From Squalus acanthias (Eukaryota), in contig JASTWF010000034.1 of assembly GCA_030390025.1 (NCBI GenBank), forward strand, positions 5,766,001 through 5,830,000: DNA of 64,000 bases, given 5' to 3'. Numbering within the stretch: position 1 is the first letter of the stretch; each line of letters begins with the position of its first letter. Shown here one piece after another: positions 1 through 9,613 of the stretch. The translations under genes were made by a program, and so were the position numbers. A model generated the notes under the pieces. That model was given only the letters and a program-made list of their open reading frames with translations. It made no database searches and was not told the DNA's origin.

Positions 1-330
1 CCTCCAAAAACCACAACCATCTTCCGTTGTGCCGGGTATGACTCGAGCCAGTGGAGAGTTTTCCCCCTGCTTTCCATTGCCACAATTTTACTGGGGCTCC
101 TTGATGCCGCACTCAGTCCAATGCTGCCTTGATGTCAAGGGCAGTCACTCTCTCCTCACCACTGAAATTCAGCACCTTTGTCCATGTTTGGACCAAGGCT
201 GTAATGAGGTCTGGAGCCGAGTGGTCCTGCCGGAACTCAAACTGGGCATCGGTGAGAAGATTATTAGTGAGTAAGTGCCACATAATAGCACTGTCGACGG
301 CACATTTAATCAATTTGCTCAGTTCACCAG
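1..330 (-). mobile_element. LINE (CR1/L2 group) reverse transcriptase fragment, decayed, truncated by window start
   Basis: Minus-strand ORF 113..313 reads QFEFRQDHSAPDLITALVQTW...VTALDIKAALD, matching non-LTR RT motifs QxGFR and LDIKAAFD. Paralogous to 43377-43715. Confidence 0.85.
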
Positions 331-394
331 TCTGTCTATGTCCTCCTGAAGCCTACTACTATCCCGCTCTGTGTGTATATAAAAGTCTATATCA

Positions 395-985
395 TTAATG
401 CATATCAAAAAGAGCAGTGGTCCGAAGAGCGACCCCTGGGGGATACCACTGTACACTTCCCTCCAGTCTGCACAACAACCGTTCACCACTACTCCCGGTT
501 TTCTGTCCCTTAGCCAATGTCAGATCCCCACTGCCACTGTCCCTTTGGTCCTATCAAGTCTATTCAATTGCACTTCATCAAATGCATTTTGAAAGTCCAT
601 ATACACAACATCAACCGCACTACCCTCATCAAACATTTCCGTTACTTCATCAAAGAATTTAATCAAGTTTGTCAGACACACTTTGCCGCTAATATATCCG
701 TGCTGGTTGTCATTTATTAATGCATGTTTTTTCCAAAGACAGATACTTTTCTCTGTGAATATGGCCTCTAGAAGTTTCCCCACCACTGACGTGAGGCTGA
801 CTGGCCTGCAGTTACAGGGTTTATCCCTCTCTCCTTTTTTAAGCAGGGTGTAACATTTGCAACCCTCCAGTCCTCTGGCTCCACTCCCATTTCCGAGGAT
901 GATTGAAATATTCTGGCCAGAGCCTGTGCTATTTCCACCATTCCTTCCCTCAGCAATCCTCATACTTCCCATCCGGAGCGGGTAA
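395..985 (-). mobile_element. CR1 LINE ORF2 (RT) fragment with internal deletion
   Basis: Minus ORF 520..972 has RPVSLTSVVGKLLE...NQHGYISGKVCLTNLIKFFDEVT...VDVVYMDFQNAFD, typical of CR1 RT. Frameshifted. Confidence 0.9.
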
Positions 986-1028
986 ATGTTCTACTTTACT
1001 GTGGTATAAAAAGTGTTGGATTGAAAGG

Positions 1029-1181
1029 GGTTAACTGAAGCTGTTTGTTCAGTGAGTGTAATTAATGTCCGTCTCCACGGGTTAACTGAAGCTGTTTGTT
1101 CAGTGACTATAATTAATGTCAGTCTCCACGGGTTAACTGAAGATGTTTGTTTAGTGACTGTAATTAATGTCTGCCTCCATG
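1029..1181 (+). repeat. 51-bp tandem repeat x3 upstream of GPCR-like exon A
   Basis: The unit GGGTTAACTGAAG(C/A)TGTTTGTT(C/T)AGTGA(C/G)T(G/A)TAATTAATGTCAGTCTCCAC has TTAACTGAAG at 1031, 1082 and 1133. The paralog carries one unit at ~44439-44490. Confidence 0.9.
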
Positions 1182-1353
1182 GACTCTAATTGTATTAGTG
1201 CAGGGTTTCCCTCTTCTATTAATAAGGGACTCCTTTCAATGTGTTATCCATAGTGTCAGTGAGAGCATCACCTCCGGCACTGACAGGGATCAGCGCGCTG
1301 CTCCACAGAGAGGGAGTCGGAATCTGAGAACAGTAGATTGGAATGTTACAACA

Positions 1354-1534
1354 ATGGATCAGAATCTGAGAGCAGTAGATTGGAATGTTACAACAATGGA
1401 CAGGAGTTTCAGCTCGCAGTTTGACTTTCTTTCAGCAAATTATGATTGGCTGCCATTAGACTGGCGGATAGAGTTGGTGCTTCAGATTATCCAATACTTT
1501 TACTATCCCCTCCTTGCTGCTGTTGGGGTTCCTG
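1354..1534 (+). CDS. Putative first coding exon of a class A GPCR (chondrichthyan GPR139/GPR142-like expansion), copy A; downstream exons not found
   Basis: ACAATGG start at 1354 (second in-frame ATG at 1396) gives MDQNLRAVDWNVTTMDRSFSSQFDFLSANYDWLPLDWRIELVLQIIQYFYYPLLAAVGVP. It has an NVT sequon, a hydrophobic TM1-like start and a consensus phase-1 donor CCTG|GTAAGT at 1534/1535. Frame and length are conserved in the paralog. Family assignment is from recalled motif similarity, not a search. Confidence 0.75.
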
Positions 1535-1689
1535 GTAAGTGTCTCTAACCAACTATTAACTCTGCAAACCTTTGCTAACTGTATTACTATTCTTCATTCT
1601 TTGCTGCTGTTGGTGTCGTTGGTAAGTCTCTTTCTCCAGAAATTGGGTCTATAAATCACGTTTCACTGTATTACTGTTTGTTATTTAAA

Positions 1690-2175
1690 TCTTGGGAAGA
1701 GCGAAGCCATTGTGTTCGGTCCTGGTCACAAACTCCATTCTCTATCTACCGATTCAGTCCCCCTCCCTGGTCAATGTCTGAGGCTGAACCAGGCTGTTTG
1801 CAACCTCTGCGATCTCTTTGTCCCTGAGCTGAGTTCCGATCTCATATCCTCTGAATCACCAGTCCTGCCGACTGCCACCCCCAAAATTTCACCCATCTCC
1901 GTTCCACCTCAGCCCTTCCACTGCATAAACCCTCATCCGTGCCTTTGCTAAATCCAGACTCGACTATTCCAATGCTCCCCTGGCCGGCCTCCCAGTAACA
2001 AGCCTCCATAAACTAGAGCTTATCCAAAACTCTGCTGCCCATATCCTAACACACATCATGTCCCGTTCACCCATCACCCCTGTGATCACTGACCAACATT
2101 GGCTGCCGATCCGGCAACAACTCGATTTAAATATTCTCCTCCTCATGTTCAAATCCCACCATGGCCTCACCCCTG
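1690..2175 (+). mobile_element. L2-clade LINE ORF2 C-terminal fragment
   Basis: Translates to SPITPVITDQHWLPIRQQLDLNILLLMFKSHHGLTP, resembling the L2 HITPVL..LHWLP..R..FKILLL.FK..HGLAP region. Confidence 0.8.
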
Positions 2176-2269
2176 CAATTATTCCCATTCCCTTGCTCTT
2201 TTCCCATTGTCCTGCAAATTGTTCCCCTTCAGGTATTTATCCAATTCCCCTTTTAAAGTTAATTTCCTT

Positions 2270-2362
2270 CCCTCTGTACCTCTCCCTGTCTTTCAGTCTC
2301 TATTTTTATTTCTCTCTTTCTCCCTTTCTCTCTCTCCCTCTTCTCTCTCTCTCTGTCTCTTG
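2270..2362 (+). repeat. CT-rich low-complexity tract
   Basis: Degenerate (CT)n run; paralog at ~45680-45772. Confidence 0.8.
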
Positions 2363-2364
2363 CT

Positions 2365-2730
2365 CATAGAATCATAGAACAGTACATCACAGACAGAGAC
2401 CATTCGGCCCATCGTGTCCATGCCGTCTCTTTGAAAGAGTTATTTATTCAGTCCTACTCTTTAATCAGAGCCCCATAAAAAATTCCCCTTCATCTAATTA
2501 CCCCATTCCCTTTCGAAAATTACTATTGAATCTGCTTCCACCACGTTCTCAGTCAGTGCATTCTAGATCACAACTCACTGCGTAAAGAAAATTCTCATCT
2601 CTCCTCTGGTTCTTTTGACAATTACTTTAAATGTGTTTCCTCTGGTTACCCACCATTCTGCCTCTGGAAACCGACTTACTTACTGTATCAAAACCCATTA
2701 CAATCTGGAACATCTATATTAAATCTCCCC
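2365..2730 (-). mobile_element. CR1 3' end, decayed
   Basis: Starts with CATAGAATCATAGAA (reverse complement of an 8-bp CR1-type 3' tail), followed by GACCATTCGGCCCATCG 3'UTR-like sequence seen at other CR1 ends in the window. Confidence 0.7.
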
Positions 2731-2731
2731 T

Positions 2732-4920
2732 AATGGAAAAGTACAAAGAAAGACCAGGTTTAAAAGTTTTCAATTGGGGAAAGGCCAAATTTACTAAGCT
2801 GAGATGTAATTTAGGAAAAGTGGACTGGAAACAGCTTCTTAATTGGAAATCAGTTCGGAGCTGTGGGAAGCATTCAACGAGGAGATAGTGAGGGCTCAGA
2901 GCAACTATATTCCCAAAAAGGTAAAGGATGGGACTTCCAAATCCAGAGTCCCCTAGTTGTCAAGGGGAATACAGGGTAGGAAACGGGAACAAAAAGGGAA
3001 GCTTTTGTCAGATACCGAGAGCTCAATACTACAGAAAGCCTAGAGGGGTATAGAAAGTGCAGGGGTGAAATTAAAAAGTAAATTAGGAAAGCAAAGAGAT
3101 GGCATGAAAAAATATTGGCAAGTAAAATCAAGGAAAACCCAAAGATGTTTTATACATACATCAAGAGCAAGAGGATATCTAAGGAAAGAGTCTGGCCTAT
3201 TATAGAACAAAAAGTTAATCTGTGTGTAGAGGCGGAAGACGTGGATATGGTTCTTAATAAATACTTTGTGTCTGTCTTCACAGAAGAGTGAGACGATGCA
3301 GACATTGTAGTTAAGGAGGAGGAGTGTGAAATATTAGATGAGACAAACATAGTGAGAGAGGAAACATTAAGGGGTTCAGCATCTTTCAAATTAGATAAAT
3401 CACGAGGCTCGGATGAAATGTATCCCAGGCTTTTAAGGGAGGAAATAGCGGAGGCTCAGACCATCATTTTCCAATCCTCTCTGGCTACAGGCATGATGAC
3501 AGAGGACTGGAGGACTGCTAACGTTGTACCATTGTTTAAAAAGGGAGAAAGGGATAGACCGAGTAATTACAGGGCAGTCAGTCTAACCTTGATTGTGGAA
3601 AAAAATTTTGAATGATTCTGAGTGGCAATATAAATCGGCATTTAGAAAGGCACAGATTAATCAAGGACAGTCAGCATGGTAATGTTAAGGGAAGGTCGTG
3701 TCTGACTAACTTGATTGAATTTTTTGAGGAGGTAATGAGAAGGGTCGATGAGGGGAGTGCATTTGATGTAGTCCACGTAGATATTAGTAAGGCCTTTGAC
3801 AAGGTCCCACATGACAGGTTGGTCATTGGATCCAAGGGAAAGTGGCAAGTTGGATCCAAAATTGGCTCAGTGGCAGGAAACAAAGGTCGTAATAGTCAAC
3901 GGGTGTTCTTTGTGACTGGAAGGTTGTTTCCAGTGGGGTTCCACAGGGCTCAGTACTAGGTCCCCTGCTATTTGTGGTATATTTCAATGATTTAGTCTTC
4001 AGTGTTGGGGCCATGATGAAGAAGTTTGCACATGATACAAAAATTGGCCGTGTGGTTGATAGTGAGGAAGACAGCTGTAGACTGCAGGAAGATATCAATG
4101 GACTGGTCCGGTGGGCAGAACAGTGGCAAATGGACTTCATTTCGGAGAAGTGTGAGGTAATGGATTGGTGGAGGTCTAAAAAAGAGGGCATACACAATAA
4201 ATGGTAGGATCCTGAGAATTGCAGAGGAACAGAGGGTCCTTGGAGTACATTTCCATATATCTATAAATATATCAGGACATATAGATAGGGTGGTTAAGAA
4301 GGCATGTGGGATACGTTGCTTTATTAGCCGAGGCATAGGATATAAAAGCAGGGAGGGTATGTTAGAACTGTATAAAACACTAGTTAGGCCATTGCTAGAA
4401 TACTGTGTAAAGTTCTGGTCACCACATTACAGGAACGATGTGATTGCACGAGAGACATTACAAAGGAGATTTACGTGGATGTTGCCAGGACTGGATAATT
4501 TTAGCTATGAGGAAAGATTGGATAGCCTGGGGTTGTTTACTTTGGAACAGAGGAGGCTGAGGGAAGATTTAATTGAGGTGTATAAAATTATGAGAGGCCT
4601 AGCTGGAGTCGATAGGGAGGAACTATTTGCCCTGACAGGGAGGTCAATAACCGGGGGTCATAGATTTAAATTAATTAGTAGAAGGATTAGAGGGGAGATG
4701 GGGAGAAATGTTTTCACCCAGAGGGGTGTGGGGGTCTGAAACTCACGGCCTGAAAGTGTGGTCGAGGCAGAAACCCTCATCACGTTTAAAACGTACATGG
4801 ATATGCACTTGAAATGCTGTAACCTACAGGGCTAAGGACCAAGAGCTAGAAATTGGGATTAGGGTGCAGAGCTCTATTTCGACCACGGATGACACAATGG
4901 GCCAAATGGCCTCCTCCCGT
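2732..4920 (+). mobile_element. 5'-truncated CR1 LINE (linker-RT-C-terminus), multiple frameshifts and stops
   Basis: ORF pieces: EDWRTANVVPLFKKGERDRPSNYRAVSLT, SQHGNVKGRSCLTNLIEFFEEV, FAHDTKIG (FADD-like), LYKTLVRPLLEYCVKFWSPHYR, YEERLDSLGLFTLEQRRLREDLIEVYKI. Confidence 0.93.
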
Positions 4921-4924
4921 ATTC

Positions 4925-5515
4925 TTGCCCATCCCTAGTTACCCGTGAGAAAATGGTGGGCCTTCAAACTGAGCCACTGCAGCCCCTGTGGTGAAGGTGC
5001 TCCCACAATACTGTTATGGAAGGAATTTCAGGCTTTTGACCGAGTGACGATGGAGGAACGGCGATATATTTGAAGGGTACGGAAGCATAGTGGTAATGTT
5101 GCTGGACTAGTAAACCAGATGACTGGACAAATGATCCAGAGTTCAAGTCCCACCAGCTGGGGAATTTAAATTCAATTAATTAAACAAATCTGGAATGAAA
5201 AGCTAATATCAGGAATGGTGACCATGAAACTACGGGATTTTTATAAAAACCTATCTGGGAAGGAAATCTGCCGTCCTTACCCAGTCTGGCTGAAATGTGA
5301 CTCCAGACCCAGATCAATGTGATTAACTTTTAACTGCCCTCTGAAATGCCCGAGCAAGCCATTTAGTTCTTTAAGGCGGCTCACCACCACCTTCTCAAGG
5401 GCAATTAGGAATGGACAATAAATGTGGCCTTGCCAGCGACGCCCACATACCATGAATGAATAAAAAATTGTTCCAGCCTGGATGGTGAGTGACATGAAGT
5501 TGGAACTTGGTTGTG
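4925..5515 (-). mobile_element. 3' region of a LINE (same family as 42025-43715), interrupted by a SINE
   Basis: TGCCCATCCCTAGTT...GCTCCCAC...TTTTGACC...CGATATATTT matches 42076-42210, and the match resumes after the SINE (CCTGGATGGTGAGTGAC vs CAGGATGGTGTGTGAC at ~42218). Confidence 0.7.
5075..5467 (+). mobile_element. tRNA-derived SINE with LF-SINE-like core and LINE-derived tail
   Basis: A-box-like AGCATAGTGG and B-box-like GAGTTCAAGTCCC. Core GGAAGGAAATCTGCCGTCCTTACCCAGTCTGGC...GTGACTCCAGACCC resembles the LF-SINE core as recalled. The tail ends ATGAATGAATAAAAAA. Confidence 0.8.
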
Positions 5516-5709
5516 ATGGTGTTTTTTGCGACAGTCCGAGCCGAACTCTAACCCCTCCCTGTGCCCCTTGATGCCAATAGTAGAAATTCACCTTTGACCC
5601 TGGGGATGAGACATACTTACGGTAAAATACTAAATACAAACAAAGTAACGTTTGGCATTTTCGGGATGCAAATCCTTTACTGGACACTTGGCAATGTGTT
5701 GGGGCTCAA

Positions 5710-5835
5710 CACGGGGATGAGAATTATAAAATCAAAGCATTGCCGGACCGGGAGCCAATGTAGGCCAGCGAGCACAGGGGTGATGGATGAACGGGACTTG
5801 ATGCGAGTTAGGACACGGACAGAAGAGTTTGGGAT
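5710..5835 (-). mobile_element. Short L2 fragment
   Basis: Minus ORF segment KSRSSITPVLAGLHWLPVRQCFDFIIL, the same L2 region as 2058-2170. Confidence 0.75.
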
Positions 5836-6367
5836 GAGACAGAAATGCTTGTAATTAATTTTAGATACAACTCTTATATCTCCCCACCCCTCGAGCAATC
5901 TGTCTCGGATGATAACAAATGACTCTGAATGGGTTCAAGCCGAGCCTTTGAGAGGAAAAGTCTTAGTCCAATTCACCAGCACGCTGTGACATTTGATATT
6001 TGCCGATGTCGACTGACAGGAGCCGAGAAATTTGTCTCGGGCAGTGGGTTAAACGGGTGGTATCGGATCGGGCGCCGGTTACACGCAGCGCCTGATATTC
6101 AGTTCCACTGCAGTCAATGACGGGTTTCTAGTCCTTGGGCTTCGATTCTTCACACTACTTTTCCAGCAAAGCTTTCTCCGTAACTCAGTGAAGTCACTTC
6201 AGTGTCAAAGAACTAGTCTCAGTAATCCTGCACCATCAACACCCCTGTGGTACCAAAATCCATGGTCCCCTGTTTAAAAAAAAAACATCCATTCCAAGAC
6301 CTCTTAATTGTATAACATGCGATGAACACCGAAACAAGAGGCCGGAGCCATAGTCAGTGACAAAAAA

Positions 6368-9113
6368 CATTCACACAGGCTTTTTAGAGAGACAGGACCA
6401 GTCACACAGGCTTTTTAAAGAAACAGGACCAGTCACACAGGCTTTTTAAAGAGACAGGACCAGTCACACAGGCTTTCTAAAGAGACAGGACCAGACACAC
6501 AGGCTTTTTAAAGAGACAGGGCCAGTCACACAGGCATTCTAAAGAGACAGGACCACTCATGCAGGCTTTTTAAAGATACAGGACCAGTCACACAGGCTTT
6601 TTAAAGAGACAGGACGGGTCACACAGGCTTTTTAAAGAGACAGCACCAGTCACACAGGCTTTTTAAAGAGACAGGACTAGTCACCCAGGCTTTTGAAGAG
6701 GCAGGACAAGTCACGCAGGCTTTTTAGAGAGACAGGACCAGTCACACAGGCTTTTTAAAGAGACAGGACCAGTCACATCGGCTTTTTGAAGAGACAGGAC
6801 CAGTCACACAGGCTTTTTGAAGAGACAGGACCAGTCACACAGGCTTTTTAAAGAGACAGGTCCAGTCACACAGGCTTTTGAAGAGACAGGAGCAGTCACA
6901 CAGGCTTTTTGAACAGACAGGATGAGTCAAAGAGGCTTTTTGAAGAGACAGGTCCAGTCACACAGGCGTTTTAAAGAGACAGGACCAGTCACACAGGCTT
7001 TTTAAAGAGACAGGTCCAGTCACAACGGCTTTTTAAAGAGACAGGATCAGCCACACAGGCTTTTTGAAGAGACAGGACCAGTCACACAGGCTTTTTGAAG
7101 AGACAAGACCAGTCACACAGGATTTCTAAAGAGACATGACCAGTCACACAGGCTTTTTAAAGAGACAGGACCAGTCACACAGGCTTTTTAAAGAAACAGG
7201 ACCAGTCACGCAGGCTTTCTAAAGAGACAGGAGCAGTCACAACGGCTTTTTAGAGTGACAGGGCCAGTCACACAGGCTTTTTAAAGAGACAGGACCAGAC
7301 ACACAGGCTTTTTAAAGAGACAGGACCAGTCACACAGGCGTTTTGAAGAGACAGGACCAGTCACACAGGCTTTTTGAAGAGACAGGACCAGTCACACAGG
7401 ATTTCTAGAGACATGACCAGTCACACAGGCTTTTTAAAGAGACAGGACTAGTCACACAGGCTTTTTAAAGAAACAGGACCAGTCACGCAGGCTTTCTAAA
7501 GTGACAGGAGCAGTCACAACGGCTTTTTAGAGAGACAGGGCCAGTCACACAGGCTTTTTAAAGAGACAGGACCAGACACACAGGCTTTTTAAAGAGACAG
7601 GACCAGTCACACAGGCTTTTGAAAGAGACAGGACCAGTCACACAGGCTTTTTAAAGAGACAGGACCAGTCACAAAGGCTTTGTAAAGAGACAAGTCCAGT
7701 CGCACAGGCTTTTTAAAGAGACCTGATCAACCACACAGGCTTTTTAAAGAGATCGCACCAGTCACACAGGCTTTTTAGAGAGACAGGACCACTGACACTG
7801 GCTTTTTAAAGAGACAGGACCAGTCACACAGGCTATTTAAAGAGACAGGTCCAGTCACGCAGGGTTTTTAAATAGACAGGACCAGTCACGCAGGCTTTTT
7901 AAAGAGACAGGATTTTACACACAGGCTTTTTAAAGAGACAGGACCAGTCACAGAGGCTTTTTGAAGAGACCGGACCCCTCACACAGGCTTTTTAAAGAGA
8001 CAGGACCCCTCGCACAGGCTTTTTAAAGAGACGAGACCAGTCACACAGGCTTTTTAAAGAGACAGGACCAGTCACGCAGGCTTTTTAAAGAGACAGGACC
8101 AGTCCCACAGGCTTTTTTGAAGAGACAGGACCAGTCACACTGGCAATCTAAATTTACATAACCACACACACAGGCTTTTTGAAGAGACAGGACCAGTCAC
8201 ACATTCTTTTGAAAGAGATAGGACCAGTCACACAGGCTTTCTAAAGAGACAGGACCAGTCACAATGGCTTTTTAGAGAGAAAGGACCAGTCACACAGGCT
8301 TTCTAAAGAGACAGAAACATTCACACAGGCTTTCAAAAGAGACAGGACCAGTCACACAGGCTTTTTAAAGAGACAAGACCATTCACACAGGCTTTCTAAA
8401 GAGACAGAACCATTCACACAGGCTTTCAAAAGAGACAGGACCAGTCACACAGGCTTTTTAAAGAGACAGGACCATTCACACAGGCTTTCTAAAGAGACAG
8501 GACGAGTCACACAGGCTTTTTAAAGAGACAGGTCCAGTCACACAGGCTTTTTGAAGAGACAGGACCAGTCACACAGGCGTTTGTAGAGACAGGACCAGTC
8601 ACCCAGGCTTGTTAAAGAGACAGGTCCAGTCAAGCAGTCTTTTTAAAGAGACAGGACCACTCACACTGGCTTTTTAAAGAGTCACACAGGCTTTCTTATT
8701 CGGCAGAACCAGTCGCACGGGCTTTTTAAAGAGACAGGACGAGTCACACGGCCTTTTTAAAGAGACAGGACCACTCACACAGGCTTTTTGAAGAGACAGG
8801 ACCAGTCACACAGGCTTTTTGAAGAGACAGGATGAGTTACACATGCTTTTTAAAGAGACATGTCCAGTCACACAGGCTTTTTAAAGAGACGAGTCACACA
8901 GGCTTTTAAAAAGGCAGGACCAGTCACACAGGTTTTTAGAAAGAGACAGGACCAGTCACACAGGCGTTTGCAGAGACAGGACCAGTCACCCAGGCTTGTT
9001 AAAGAGACAGGTCCAGTCGCAGGCTTTTTAAAGAGACAGGACCAGTCACACAGGCTTTTTAACGCGACAGCACCAGTCACACTGGCTTTTTAGAGAGACA
9101 GGGCCAGTCACAC
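6368..9113 (+). repeat. 31-bp minisatellite, roughly 85-90 units, runs into the gap
   Basis: Consensus CACACAGGCTTTTTAAAGAGACAGGACCAGT repeated head to tail with scattered substitutions and no unique spacers. Confidence 0.97.
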
Positions 9114-9613
9114 NNNNNNNNNNNNNNNNNNNNNNNNNNNNNNNNNNNNNNNNNNNNNNNNNNNNNNNNNNNNNNNNNNNNNNNNNNNNNNNNNNNNNNN
9201 NNNNNNNNNNNNNNNNNNNNNNNNNNNNNNNNNNNNNNNNNNNNNNNNNNNNNNNNNNNNNNNNNNNNNNNNNNNNNNNNNNNNNNNNNNNNNNNNNNNN
9301 NNNNNNNNNNNNNNNNNNNNNNNNNNNNNNNNNNNNNNNNNNNNNNNNNNNNNNNNNNNNNNNNNNNNNNNNNNNNNNNNNNNNNNNNNNNNNNNNNNNN
9401 NNNNNNNNNNNNNNNNNNNNNNNNNNNNNNNNNNNNNNNNNNNNNNNNNNNNNNNNNNNNNNNNNNNNNNNNNNNNNNNNNNNNNNNNNNNNNNNNNNNN
9501 NNNNNNNNNNNNNNNNNNNNNNNNNNNNNNNNNNNNNNNNNNNNNNNNNNNNNNNNNNNNNNNNNNNNNNNNNNNNNNNNNNNNNNNNNNNNNNNNNNNN
9601 NNNNNNNNNNNNN
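9114..9613. other. Assembly gap (500 N)
   Basis: Run of N of round length between two different tandem arrays; probably a scaffolding placeholder of unknown true size. Confidence 0.98.

Larger units (their letters stand above)
1..4917 (+). repeat. Segmental duplication copy A (left end probably outside the window)
   Basis: Position 1 CCTCCAAAAACCACAACC recurs at 43377. The same order of LINE fragment, CR1 fragment, GPCR-like exon, L2 fragment, CT tract and CR1 continues colinearly to GGGCCAAATGGCCTCCT (~4900-4917 vs ~48127-48143). Confidence 0.93.

Noticed and set aside
1354..1534. Assigning the symbol GPR139
   Set aside because: Only the N-terminus/TM1 start is visible and it is multi-copy; orthology needs the 7TM exon and a phylogeny.
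1198..1548. Whole 116-aa ORF (and 152-aa ORF at 44507) as a single-exon protein
   Set aside because: It starts at GTG, the first ATG is at 1354/44663, and similarity breaks just after the GTAAGT donor, indicating a spliced exon.
5075..5155. tRNA genes at SINE heads (also 62257-62330)
   Set aside because: A/B boxes only, no full cloverleaf, and they continue into SINE body and tail.
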